A stretch of 64,000 bases of DNA from contig CAWCKW010000013.1 in assembly GCA_963796285.1 (NCBI GenBank), forward strand, positions 192,001 to 256,000, in the 5' to 3' direction. The translations under genes were made by a program, and so were the position numbers. Origin of the DNA: Nitrospirota bacterium. Its GTDB lineage: Bacteria > Nitrospirota > UBA9217. Below are positions 41,719 through 53,760 of the stretch, one piece after another (within the stretch, counting starts at the first letter, position 1; the number at the start of each line of letters is the position of its first letter). The notes below the pieces were generated by a model. That model searched no databases, was not told where the DNA came from, and saw only the letters and a list, made by a program, of their open reading frames with translations.

Positions 41719-43143
41719 ATGCCAAGAGTCATCATAATAGGCGGTGGCATCGCCGGCCTGGCAGCTGCCGTCCATCTCAAGTCCGGGGCCAAGGCCTACG
41801 GCAAGACCATTGATGTGCTGCTGCTCGAAAAGAACAGTCGTATCGGCGGCAAAATCGTTACCGAGAAACACGACAAGTACCTCATCGAAGGCGGGCCCGA
41901 CAGCTTCCTTCCGGAAAAGGTCTGGTCCGTGAATCTCGCTCGCCATCTCGGCCTCGGGCCAGAGATGCTGCCGTCAAACGACCAGTTCAAGGGGACCTTC
42001 ATCTATTCACGGGAAAGACTTCACTCCTTGCCGGAAGGCGTGATGCTCATGGTCCCCACTTCGTTCTGGCCTATGGCTAAGTCCCACCTCATCACCTGGC
42101 CCGGCAAGATCCGGATGGGAATGGAACTGTTCGTGCCGAAACGGAGATCACGGGATGATGAAAGCCTTGCCTCTTTCGTCACCCGCAGGCTTGGCCGTGA
42201 GTGTCTGGAAAAGATCGCGGAACCTCTCGTGGCCGGTATCCATACGTCGAATCCCGATAACATGAGCGTCCTCGCGACATTTCCACGCTTTGTGCAGATG
42301 GAGCAGAAGAGCGGAAGCCTGATCCTCGGCATGATCTCAACCATGAAGGCCCGGCCTCACGCAACGCTCAGCGGCCCATCATCCAAAGCCGGATCGCCGA
42401 AAATGACCTACTTCATGAGCTTCAAGAACGGCATGCAGACCCTGTCACAGGCCTGCGCGGATCTCATTGGTCGGGATTCGATCCGGCTCAACGCCGGGGT
42501 CAAGGCTGTTGAGCCGAAGGGGAATAGATACGCGGTGATTCTCGAGAATGGCGAGGCCCTTGAGGCAGACCATGTCATGCTGGCCCCGGCTGCTTACGAT
42601 TCCGCTAACATGATTAAAGGAATGGATGCGAACCTTGCCGCGCAGATGAACACGATTGAATGGTCGTCGTCCGCCACGGTCTCGATCGCGTTCAAGAAGG
42701 AAGATGTGAAGGTCCCGCTCAAAGGGTTCGGGTTCATCGTACCCCGTGTTGAGGGCAGGCGGATCAACGCAGCCACCTACAGCTCCATCAAGTGGTCCTA
42801 CCGCGCGCCTGACGACACGATCCTGGTCCGCGTCTTTGTTGGAGGCGGCCACCACGAAGAGCTCGTACACGAGCTCGATGAAGCGGGCATGGTCAGGATG
42901 GTGCTCGAAGAGCTGGATACCGTCCTCGGAATCAAGGCAAATCCCCTGTTCTCGAAAGTCTACCGCTGGTACAGGGGGATGCCGAAGTACACGGTAGGGC
43001 ATCTCGATCGGATCGCGCTCATGGACCGAATGCTCGCCACCCATCCGGGACTTCATCTTATCGGCTGCTCGTACAAGGGGATAGGCATCGGCGACTGTGT
43101 GCATGAGGCGCAGATCGCAGCGGAGAAGATATTGAAGAGTTAG
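41719..43143 (+). CDS. hemY: HemY-type FAD-dependent (copro/proto)porphyrinogen oxidase
   Basis: IIGGGIAGL, EGGPDSF, GFGFIVP, MPKYTVGH, GIGIGDC. Confidence 0.93.
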   Translation: MPRVIIIGGGIAGLAAAVHLKSGAKAYGKTIDVLLLEKNSRIGGKIVTEKHDKYLIEGGPDSFLPEKVWSVNLARHLGLGPEMLPSNDQFKGTFIYSRERLHSLPEGVMLMVPTSFWPMAKSHLITWPGKIRMGMELFVPKRRSRDDESLASFVTRRLGRECLEKIAEPLVAGIHTSNPDNMSVLATFPRFVQMEQKSGSLILGMISTMKARPHATLSGPSSKAGSPKMTYFMSFKNGMQTLSQACADLIGRDSIRLNAGVKAVEPKGNRYAVILENGEALEADHVMLAPAAYDSANMIKGMDANLAAQMNTIEWSSSATVSIAFKKEDVKVPLKGFGFIVPRVEGRRINAATYSSIKWSYRAPDDTILVRVFVGGGHHEELVHELDEAGMVRMVLEELDTVLGIKANPLFSKVYRWYRGMPKYTVGHLDRIALMDRMLATHPGLHLIGCSYKGIGIGDCVHEAQIAAEKILKS

Positions 43144-43171
43144 GCAGGCAACTTGTTGGGATACGATATTT

Positions 43172-43202
43172 GGCCGAAGGGCTATGCCCCTCGGTCTTTT
43201 TT
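43172..43202 (+). terminator. Intrinsic terminator after hemY
   Basis: GGCCGAAGGG / CCCCTCGGTC stem plus T6. Confidence 0.7.
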
Positions 43203-43295
43203 ATTCCTGTAGCGAACGACGAATCGTCAGTAAACTGTCGCTTCATGAGGATATCAGTAGCAAAAGCATCTAAGTAAAATGTAAATACTCGGAGT

Positions 43296-44569
43296 CATTG
43301 ACGTCCGCTAAAAACTAAAAAGGCATGGCCTGAATACCTCGATTGTTGGATAATAGGATTCGCCAGAACACTATTCCAGCAAGGAGGAACAAGCCATGCG
43401 CAAGTTGGAAACGATCTTCGGAGAGTTGCTGAAACTTGTACCGAGATATCAGTTCGAAAAAGCCGTAAAACAGTACCAGGGAGACAGATACGTCAAGTCC
43501 TATACGACGTGGCACCAGTATATCACGATCTTGTTCTCCCAGGTCAAGCAAAAAGACAGTATCCGGGACATCGTGACGGGACTGGAAGCTAACGAGTCCC
43601 GATGGTATCACCTGGGGCTCACCGGCATTCACCGGAGCACTTTCTCGGATGCCAACAACAAGCGGAGCTTTCAGATATTTGAAGATTTGTTTTATCATCT
43701 TCTCTCTCGCTGCAAGGACTTGACACCGAAACATCGGTTCAAGTTCAAAAATGAATTGTATTCAATCGATGCTTCAGTGATCGATCTTTGCCTCTCGGTC
43801 TTTCCCTGGGCCAAGTTCAGAAAGACCAAGGGAGCGATTAAGATGCATTGCCTCTATGACCACTCCGGGGCACTGCCGTCGTTTGTAACGATCACCGATG
43901 GTAAGAAACACGATGTCACGGTGGCTAAGGACGTCGGTTTCCCCCTGTCTCCGGACAGCATCGTTTCTGTAGATCGGGCGTATATCGACTACAAATGGCT
44001 GAATTCACTGGACGAAAAGCGCGTCTGGTTCGTCACTCGCGCCAAGTCCAATATCGATTGTGTCGTTACCGGACAGCATCCGGTTTCCGGGAAAGGGGTC
44101 CGGAAAGACCAAACGATTCTTTTAGCCGGACCCCGAACGAAGCACCATTATCCCAAAGAACTTCGGATGATCGAGTTCTACGATGAAGGAAACCAAGAAG
44201 CACCTGACGTTCCTCACCAACAATATGAAACTCGCGGCATCAACGATAGCGGCGATCTATAAGTCCCGGTGGCAAATAGAACTGTTCTTCAAATGGATCA
44301 AACAGAACCTGAAGATCAAATCGTTCCTCGGGACCAGCAAAAACGCCGTAATGACTCAAATCTGGGTGGCAATGAGCTATTATTTGCTGCTCACATACAT
44401 CAAATACCAGACGAAGTACGACACTCCCTGCTGACTTTGAGTCGCCTTATCAGGGAAACGCTTTTTGAACGAAAGAACCTAATCGATATTCTTACATTGA
44501 AACCCGAACGGCTCTTAGCCGTTCGAGATGAGCCCATACAGGGATTGCTGTTTTAACCGGACAGCGATG
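43296..44569 (+). mobile_element. IS4-family insertion sequence (~1.27 kb)
   Basis: Imperfect TIRs CATTGACGTCCGCTAAAAAC / CATCGCTGTCCGGTTAAAAC; flanks ACTCGGAGT and ACTCGGATT (9-bp DR, one mismatch); DDE transposase inside. Confidence 0.88.
43396..44556 (+). pseudogene. IS4-family transposase, frameshifted at ~44189 and ~44420
   Basis: DUF4372-like N-terminus, IDAS, DRAY, YKSRWQIELFFKWIKQ (YREK motif) over three frames. Confidence 0.88.
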
Positions 44570-44837
44570 ACTCGGATTCATAAATAACATTCAAGCCCCA
44601 CACGATTCATCTACTAGATGAGTCATGTACCATTGACAACAACGGGGCTAAAGTCCACTCCGGCCTCCGGATCCAGGCTACTGCGCTGTCAAATCGTTGG
44701 CAGCAGTAACGATCAGAATATATAAAGGGACATCCTGTTCTGATTTTTTCAACTCAGGGTGTCCCTTGTTTTGCTTTCTGGACATTTTATCGGAGGAGCA
44801 GGCAGGGATATCCAGCCTAAGGCTTTGCGTAAATAGT

Positions 44838-45540
44838 CTACAGGTCACGGTGTTGCGATTTGATCGATGTATGTTCTATATAGTCGGCCAGAAGTCGTTT
44901 GGTCTTCGCAGTGATATCTGTAAACATGAGTCCGTATTGATGGTCTTCATGTCCCGGGGTTTGCTCAAGGGACACTGATGATCTTGCCTGAAACCTCGAT
45001 TTTCAGTGCATTGGGGAGATAGAACGTGCAGAACAACCGGGTGCCTTCGGCAAGAGGAGTATCGCTTTCGATCAGCATTCCCGTGGCGCTGATATTCCTG
45101 ACGCGGCTCAAGAATGGTTCATCATCAATGCGGCCATCAACGCTGGCGCTCAGGAGAACGCGGAGCATCTCCCTCGCGGCAATATCAAGGAGCTGCTGCG
45201 CTTTTACCATGAGCACGAAGGGGTGGACCGGATACTGCAACACTACGTTCGCCCTGCATTGCACGCTCCGCTCGGTCGCTTCCGGGGTGTCTGCACAGAC
45301 CATGATCATGGAAACTGCCCGGAGGTCCTCATCCTCCCTGATCATTGAACAGAACTGCTCGCTGGCCATGCCGGGCATATCAAGTTGAGCGATAATGAGG
45401 TTCACCCGCTCGACTCGATGAATTTTCAGCGCCTCATCGCTCGTTGCTGCGACAAGTACCCTGAGGTCCGTCCGTTTCAGGAAGGCATCATTCTGTTCTA
45501 ATAAAACGTGAAGATCGCGCGCGATCAGTATTTTTTTCAT
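44838..45540 (-). CDS. Pseudo-receiver plus PilZ domain protein (apparent 1-nt insertion at ~44969)
   Basis: Degenerate REC, REMLR (RxxxR), NISATG (NxSxxG); shifted frame continues VLEQ...YGLMFTDI...LADYI to a stop at 44838. Confidence 0.82.
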
Positions 45541-45674
45541 GACTGACTCGGATAGCCTCCCCGAGAAGACAGTACTATAACTCGATTATATTTGCAAGGT
45601 AGTTTTTACGCGCGAAAAGGCAGGACGGGTCTTGAGCGGTAGCAAAAACCTGACCCAGTCCGTCCCCCCGAGCT

Positions 45675-46247
45675 TCAGCCCTTTTCCCGATACCGGAAAC
45701 AATCGACGACATGGTCGTTGACCATTCCTACAGCCTGCATGAAGGAATAGCAGATGGTCGGTCCGACGAACTTGAACCCCCGTTTCTTAAGGTCCCTGCT
45801 CATGGCTTCAGCCTCAGGTGTAGTTACGGGTATCTCAGCAAGACGTTGGCATGCGTGGCGGATCTGCTTTCCCCCCACGAATCGCCAGAGGTACGCGTCC
45901 AGCGAACCGAACTCCTTCTGGGCTTCCAGGACCAGCCGGGCATTGGTTATGGCGGCCTCGATCTTTAACCGGTTACGGATGATGCCTTCATCCTTCAGCA
46001 GCCGCTGCATGTCCCGAATCGTGAATCGCGCCACGACCGCGGGGTCGAAACCCCGAAAGGCCTTCCGATAGTTCTCGCGCTTCTTGAGCACCGTGGACCA
46101 GGACAACCCGGCCTGCGCGCCCTCCAGCACGAGGAACTCGAAAAGCTTCCGGTCGTCATGGAGCGGTACGCCCCATTCCTCGTCATGATAAGCGATCATC
46201 AGCGGATCGTCTGACGTCCAGGAGCACCGTTTGACATTCTTCTTCAT
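45675..46247 (-). CDS. tag: DNA-3-methyladenine glycosylase I
   Basis: RCSW, YHDEEWG, LEGAQAGLSW, IIRNRLKI, QAVGMVNDHVVDC. Confidence 0.96.
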   Translation of the reverse strand: MKKNVKRCSWTSDDPLMIAYHDEEWGVPLHDDRKLFEFLVLEGAQAGLSWSTVLKKRENYRKAFRGFDPAVVARFTIRDMQRLLKDEGIIRNRLKIEAAITNARLVLEAQKEFGSLDAYLWRFVGGKQIRHACQRLAEIPVTTPEAEAMSRDLKKRGFKFVGPTICYSFMQAVGMVNDHVVDCFRYREKG

Positions 46248-46397
46248 GGCAACTCACTTTCTTGAACCGGGTCATAAACCGGTTTTTGCGCAGAAGCAGT
46301 CTGGAAGTATAAGGGTGGTCCCTAAACGAAAGGCCGGAGAAATTTCTCTCCGGCGATGATCTTTTAAACGTACGTAACGCTGGACTCGACCAAATAG

Positions 46398-46879
46398 TTA
46401 GGCGGTCTTTCGCGTCGATCGAGCTTTTTTTGGCTTGACCTTTGCCTTGGATTTGAGCTTAGATGCTTTACGTTTCTTCGGCGCATGCCAATTAAAGGGG
46501 ATGGGCTGAAGCATACTCACGCGGTTACCCTCCGGGTCGATGAACGATACATATTGTCCGACGTTGGGAATTTCCATAGGTTCCCCCAGCACGTTACCCC
46601 CCGCGGCTTGCACTTTCTTGATCGATCTCTTGATATCGTCAACTGCGATAACGATGGACGGATATTGCGCGGGCCAGTCGGGTTTTCTCGGGTAAAAGCC
46701 GCCGTTGATCCTTCCGGGCTTTTTGGGGCCTTTCCCGCCGGTTTCCGTGGTTGCTGCAGTAACATAATTACCCATCTCCTCGCCAAACATCTGCGTCTTC
46801 CAGCCAAAAGCCGATTTATAGAACTTCGCCATGCGCGCCCGTCGTCTTAAGGCATCTCAAAGTGTACAACGGGATCCAT
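46398..46879 (-). pseudogene. VOC/glyoxalase family protein with disrupted N-terminus and Lys-rich tail
   Basis: MDPVVHFEMP then TAA and a frameshift, then MAKFY..AFGW, INGG, DPEGN. Confidence 0.8.
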
Positions 46880-47167
46880 AATGTATCCTCCTTGGCATTA
46901 ATGAGTACTTCTCGATTCAACTATATCGCGCAGAGCATTCAAAGTCAACCGCGCTTGAAAGAGGGACTCACGAAGAAATGCACTTTCGGAACCCGAGAAA
47001 CAAAAAGACCGGAAAGATTTTCTCTCCAGTCATAATCGCGCAAGCTGCGCAACTGGTTCAGCACGCCTGTCCTCAGCTACCTGCTTAAGATCCTACTCTA
47101 ACGACCCAAGCTGCGAATGCGCGCACGAAGCCCGAAACGTCACCAAAGTTCCGGCACTACAAGCTGA

Positions 47168-47419
47168 CTACGTCCCTTCCTTGACTTCATTGATCTCTTC
47201 CGCTACGAGACCATGAGCCTCCCGATGGACTGCGGCCGCCGCTTCTTTGCTCGGAGCCTCCACCAGACAAAAGGCTTTTCCCGCGCCTTCATCGAACCAG
47301 TATTTCAGGTACTTCACGCCATACTTGCCCTGAACTTCAAGATCTTTCGCATGGGCGCCGGCAATTGCTTTAGCCGTCAATCCAGGTATATTCTTGTGAA
47401 TATCCAAATAAAGTGACAT
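47168..47419 (-). CDS. DUF4242 / SCO4226-like small protein
   Basis: YLDIH, AHAKDL, YWFDE..GKAFCLVEAP, VHREAHG; SD AGGAGG. Confidence 0.85.
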   Translation of the reverse strand: MSLYLDIHKNIPGLTAKAIAGAHAKDLEVQGKYGVKYLKYWFDEGAGKAFCLVEAPSKEAAAAVHREAHGLVAEEINEVKEGT

Positions 47420-47647
47420 TTTGCAGGTCCTCCTTTCAGGTCATTCTCGTCGGGCGAACCGACGTACTCCCGGAAGCCTTCCATGGAGTTGTTAATATTA
47501 TAGCACAATCAGTGGAAAAGTGGACACAATAGGTCTTCTATTACCTATTAAAGTCCCCATGTTTTTTAGCAGTCTTATCGGGGGGGGCAATGATTGAAGG
47601 TGCTACCGACGTTGGGACTTTGATGCATTTGGTGCATGCGACAGAAG

Positions 47648-47683
47648 AAAAAAGCCGGCAGAGATATATCTCTGCCGGCCTTT
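47648..47683 (-). terminator. Intrinsic terminator after groEL
   Basis: Perfect stem GCCGGCAGAGAT / ATCTCTGCCGGC with U-run on the minus strand. Confidence 0.85.
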
Positions 47684-47721
47684 GTGTTTCAGTTCCTCGT
47701 GAAAGGAAACTTTTCATTCTC

Positions 47722-49391
<1,670 letters not shown>

Positions 49392-49436
49392 TCAATACGT
49401 TGTTTGATTCATCCAATACCGTAACCTTCAGGAACC

Positions 49437-49703
49437 TTAGCTCAGAACCCCCAGCACGTCTTCTTCTTTTACGATCAGGTACTCGATATTGTCGAGATTG
49501 ATCTTGGAGCCGGAGTAGCGGTCGAAGAGGATCTTGTCGCCAACCTTGAGGGACTTCACATCATCGCCCACGGCCTCAACTTTTCCGCTCTGCGGCTTTT
49601 CTTTCGCCGAGTCGGGAATGTACAGACCTCCCGCGGTCTTCTCCAGTTCCGCTGTGTAGCTTACGAACACCCTGTCTTTCAATGGCTTGAATTTGACACT
49701 CAT
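49437..49703 (-). CDS. groS: Co-chaperonin GroES (short, 88 aa)
   Basis: KPLKDRV, TAGGLYIPDSAKEKPQ, KEEDVLG. Confidence 0.96.
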   Translation of the reverse strand: MSVKFKPLKDRVFVSYTAELEKTAGGLYIPDSAKEKPQSGKVEAVGDDVKSLKVGDKILFDRYSGSKINLDNIEYLIVKEEDVLGVLS

Positions 49704-49750
49704 ATGCTCAACTCCTTTCGTGAATTGTACGTTTTATTATAGCAGAAAAC

Positions 49751-49777
49751 TTAGCACTCGTTTAAGGCGAGTGCTAA
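49751..49777. promoter_or_regulatory. CIRCE element (HrcA operator)
   Basis: Exact TTAGCACTC-N9-GAGTGCTAA upstream of groES. Confidence 0.95.
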
Positions 49778-49962
49778 TATATGGCTGAGGGCTGAAAAAA
49801 GCAAACCCTAAATTAAGCGATTATAGACAATTCTATCCAGATATTACAGGATTTTGGTAAAAATTGTGGAATTACTGATTTTTTGAAGTAATTTAACAAA
49901 CCCCGCATAAATAGTATCTCTTAGCAAGTTGAACCCGGTTGTTTATTGTCCCCAGCAAGTAC

Positions 49963-49996
49963 AAAAAAGAAAAGCAGGGAAGATATCCCTGCTTTT
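49963..49996 (-). terminator. Intrinsic terminator after ctpA
   Basis: AAAAGCAGGGA / TCCCTGCTTTT stem with U-run. Confidence 0.75.
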
Positions 49997-50032
49997 CCAA
50001 TTCATTAGCCTTTTTCTCTCGAATCTCTTTTT

Positions 50033-51396
50033 CTATTTTCCCGTTTTTGCCGTTGTAGGAATATTCTTGAAAACATCCTCGGCCTTCACTGCTGGCTTGA
50101 GTATCTCGATGGCCTTCTGTATCTGGATATCGTCTTTCTTTTCTTTCGGCGTGACTTCCATCGTGAAATCGTCTTCAATGGCAGTTCGCAGGCTTTTCTT
50201 TTTTCTTCTCTTCTTTGACCGTATCGTTCTGCAGGTGGCGTTCGAGGTCCTTTTCGCGCACGACCACGTGCAGTGAATCAGTAGTCCCCTCTTTCACCTC
50301 TTTTACTGTAGGCAGTTTCACCTCGATGTCCGGTGTGATGCCCACGTTCTGGATCGAGCGGCCGCTCGGCGTATAATACTTTGCCGTCGTCAGTCGGATG
50401 CCACCCCCGCCCTCGAGGGGGAATACCGTCTGGACCGATCCCTTGCCAAAGGTCTGCGTACCCACGATCACCGCACGCTTTGAATCCTGCAATGCTCCTG
50501 CAACGATCTCGGACGCGCTCGCGCTCCCCGTGTTCACAAGCACGACAATGGGGAATCCCCGGGGCGCTTCCGGTCCGCTTGTGAGAAAGTCCTTCCGGTC
50601 GGTCTTCAGCCTGCCCTGGAGATACACCACGAGCTTATCCTTGGGCAGAAATTTGCTGCTCACGTCCACGGACGCATCAAGGAGCCCTCCCGGGTCATTC
50701 CGCAGATCAAGGACCAGTTTCTTCATCCCCTTTGCCTCCAGGCCCTTCAAAGCCTTTTCGAGCTCCTCGCCGGTCTGCCCCTGGAACTGCATGATCTTGA
50801 TATACCCGATCTCATTGTCCAGCATCTCGGACTTTACACTCATGACCTTGATGACATCGCGAGTGATCTTGAACTCTTTGGGCTTGTCCCATCCTTCGCG
50901 GAAGATAAGGAGACGCACCTGCGTGTTCTTGGGGCCGCGCATCTTGTCCACGGCCTGTTCAATCGTCATGTCCTTGGTCCAGTCATCGTTGATCTTCATG
51001 ATCTTGTCGCCTGCTGCGAGACCTGCGCGGAACCCGGGCGTGTCCTCGATCGGCGCGATGATCGTCAGCTGCTGGTTCTTGATCCCGATCTGGATCCCGA
51101 CACCCTGGAACTCGCCCTTGATGTCCATGTTCATCTCTTTGAACGACCGCTCGTTCATATAGGATGAGTGCGGGTCGAGGCTCTGGACCATGCCCCGGAT
51201 GGCGCCCTGCATCAGATCCTTGGTGTCTGGATCCTCCACGTAGTTGCGTTTGACAAGCTCAAGTGCCTGAGTAAATGCCTTCAGTTCGTCATAGGTATCG
51301 GGCTTGGCCTGCACCAACCCCTGCCCGATCAGGATGCCGGTCAACAGCAGCGATCAGCGCGGCCATCAGAAACTTCTTTTTGTTGATTCGTATCAT
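50033..51396 (-). CDS. ctpA: S41A carboxyl-terminal processing protease (apparent frameshifts at ~51345 and ~50190)
   Basis: LDPHS, PDZ GVGIQI, LDLRNDPGG, SASASEIVAGAL, TFGKGSVQ; signal peptide and DIQIQKA tail in other frames. Confidence 0.9.
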
Positions 51397-51686
51397 ATCA
51401 TCATCCTCCATATGGTTCTGCATAATAACTCTCCTGAAAAAGTATCAGCAGTAATAGCAATCGGGCATAGTGAAAAATATACCGTGCTTTTGTAAATTTA
51501 AACGTAATCACATAGGTCCTGAGAAAAGACCATTAAACCTGAAAATGTTCCTGCAAAAAAGCTGAGACCGCAAAGGAAAGCAGCCCTTTTGTTCGTAAAA
51601 AATCTTTGCGTATGTTGAGCCTTTGCGGGAGATTTTTTACTTTTTTTGATCTAAGTGACAGCGACTTTTCAGTATCAATTTCCAAG

Positions 51687-52870
51687 TTACTGCTTCGCCA
51701 ACCACTGGAGCGGGTCTTGAGCCTCGCCGTTCCGGCGTATCTCGAAGTACAACTTCAGTCCCTTCAGGCTGCCGGTCTCGCCCGCCAGACCGAGCACCTG
51801 GCCTCTGGCCACCTGGTCCCCTTTGTTCAGATCCAGCCGCGAGAGGTTGCCGTAGAGCGAGTAAAAACCGTTTCCGTGGTCAAGGATCATGAGCTTTCCG
51901 TAGCCTTTGTACCAATCCGCATACGCAACCTCGCCGTCCTGCACCGCTCGAACCGATTCGCCTTCGTGTGCCTGGATCTCGATACCTCTGCGAAAAACCA
52001 TGGTGCCGAACTGGGGATGGCGTTGCATGCCAAACCGGGTCAGTACCTGTCCTTCGAGGGGCCAGGGGAGCCGGGTCCTGTCACGATCCGCGGTTTCGTG
52101 CCATTGTCGGGAAGCAGGAGGGACCGCTTTCGCAGCCCTCTTTTCCTGCTCGCCTTTTTTGATCATGGCCCAGAGGCTGGCGGAAGATTCTTCAAGCTCG
52201 CGCAGGGACTGCTCGTATAGGCCCTTCTCATGCCGCACACTCGCGAGGATAACGGCTTTTTTTTTGTTCCGTGCCTCCAGCGCCGCTTTCGTTGCTGCAA
52301 TCGCCCGCTTGCGTGCAAGCATCTCGTTTTTTTTCTCTGCGATCTCCGCCTGACGCATCGCGAGCTTTGTCAGGGCATTGCTGTACTCCCTCATCATAGC
52401 CCGGTCACGTTCGGCGATAATGCCGAGATACTTGATCCGCTTCAGCGTCTGGCCCAGCCCGTCCGGAGAAAGTATTGCAACTGCATACCCGCTCCGGCTC
52501 AACTTGTAGAGCGCCCGGAGCCTCTGGCTGTAATTCTCCTTAAGCGCGGCAAGCTCGCGGTTGAGCACGGCGTTGTTCTGTTCGACCTCCCGAAGGGCCG
52601 CCTCGGAATCTCGCAGCCGCTGCTGCTGGCCGGTGAGTTCCGCGCTTCCGGTTTGGATGTCCCGGTCGATCGTTTCGAGTTCCGAGAGGATAGAACGCTC
52701 TTTGCGGTCCGCCCGCTGTCAGTTCCTTTTTTTTCTCGCGCATCTCGCGCTTGATACGCTGAAGCTCCTGTTTGTCGGCCGACCGGTCCGCGGCTGCGGA
52801 AAAGCCGCTCAGCCAAAGCGCGATCACAACAACGCAGCAGAAAAACGCGGGTGCCTGTCGTCGTCCCCAT
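51687..52870 (-). CDS. envC: Murein hydrolase activator EnvC (coiled coil plus degenerate M23; apparent frameshifts at ~52865 and ~52719)
   Basis: LPWPLEG, GIEI, YGKLMILDHG, LYFEIR; lacks M23 Zn ligands; downstream of ftsEX. Confidence 0.88.
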
Positions 52871-52873
52871 GCG

Positions 52874-53760
52874 CTACTCCAGGAACCTGCCGACTGAGAC
52901 CAGCCCGCCCGTAAGACCAAGCACGCCGCCGCCGATAATCATATATGTTACCACCGAAAGCGGTAGGAAGTCCAGCCCATTTGGCCGCGACAGGAAAAGA
53001 ACGACCTCCTGCGGCAACGCATAGTACACACCCGCAAGGATGCCGATGGCAAGAGCCGAGCCAAGCATGGAGAGCATCATGCCTTCGATCAGGAACGGCC
53101 CCTGGATGAATCCCCTGGTCGCCCCGATCCACTGCATCAGCTCGATCTCCTGACCCCGTGAGTATAGCGCGAGCCGCACCGAATTGGAGATGATGAACAC
53201 CACGGTCACGCCGAGCAGGACAGCGGTGCCAGTCCGCCATAGGTGATCGCATTGTAAAAGCCTGACAGCACTTCGGCGCCCTGTTTCCCGTAGGACACGT
53301 CTTCCACGCCGGGATAGTCGGATAATTTCCCGGCCAAGGCCTCAAGCCGTTCCGTATCAACAGAACGGCGGTCAAAGGTGATCTCGTAGGAATCAGGCAG
53401 CGGGTTCTCTGCCAGACCCTGGATCAGCGCCTCCTGTCCCTTCAACTCCTTTTTGAACAACAGAAGCGCATGGGCCCTGGATAGATAGGTGACCTTCTTC
53501 ACGCCCGGCTCGATCTTGATCCGGTGTTGGATAAAATCCTTCTCATGCTCCGTCAACCCGTCCTTCAGGTACACGGACATCTCAAGACGGTCCCCCATGG
53601 AATTCACCGCAGCCTGAAGGTTCAGGAACACGATCAGAAAAAAGCCCACGATCAACATAGCCATGCTGATCGTTCCCACCGCGAGGAGGTTCACAAGACT
53701 GTTGGCGCGGAGTCCGCGGAAGGCCTCGGCGATAAAGTAGAACAGGCCGTATCCTCTCAC
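52874..53760 (-). CDS. ftsX: Cell division ABC permease FtsX (apparent frameshift at ~53225)
   Basis: ENPLPDS, IISNSVRL, EIELMQWIGAT..FIQGPFLIEG. Confidence 0.92.

Noticed and set aside
46372-46403. attC-like site after the VOC gene (minus GCCTAAC...GTTACGT)
   Set aside because: Only ~32 bp, imperfect R' box, no paired L boxes, no second attC and no integrase in the window
46847-46849. Stop-codon reassignment suggested by the in-frame TAA in the VOC gene
   Set aside because: TAA ends many conserved genes normally here, and the site is accompanied by a frameshift
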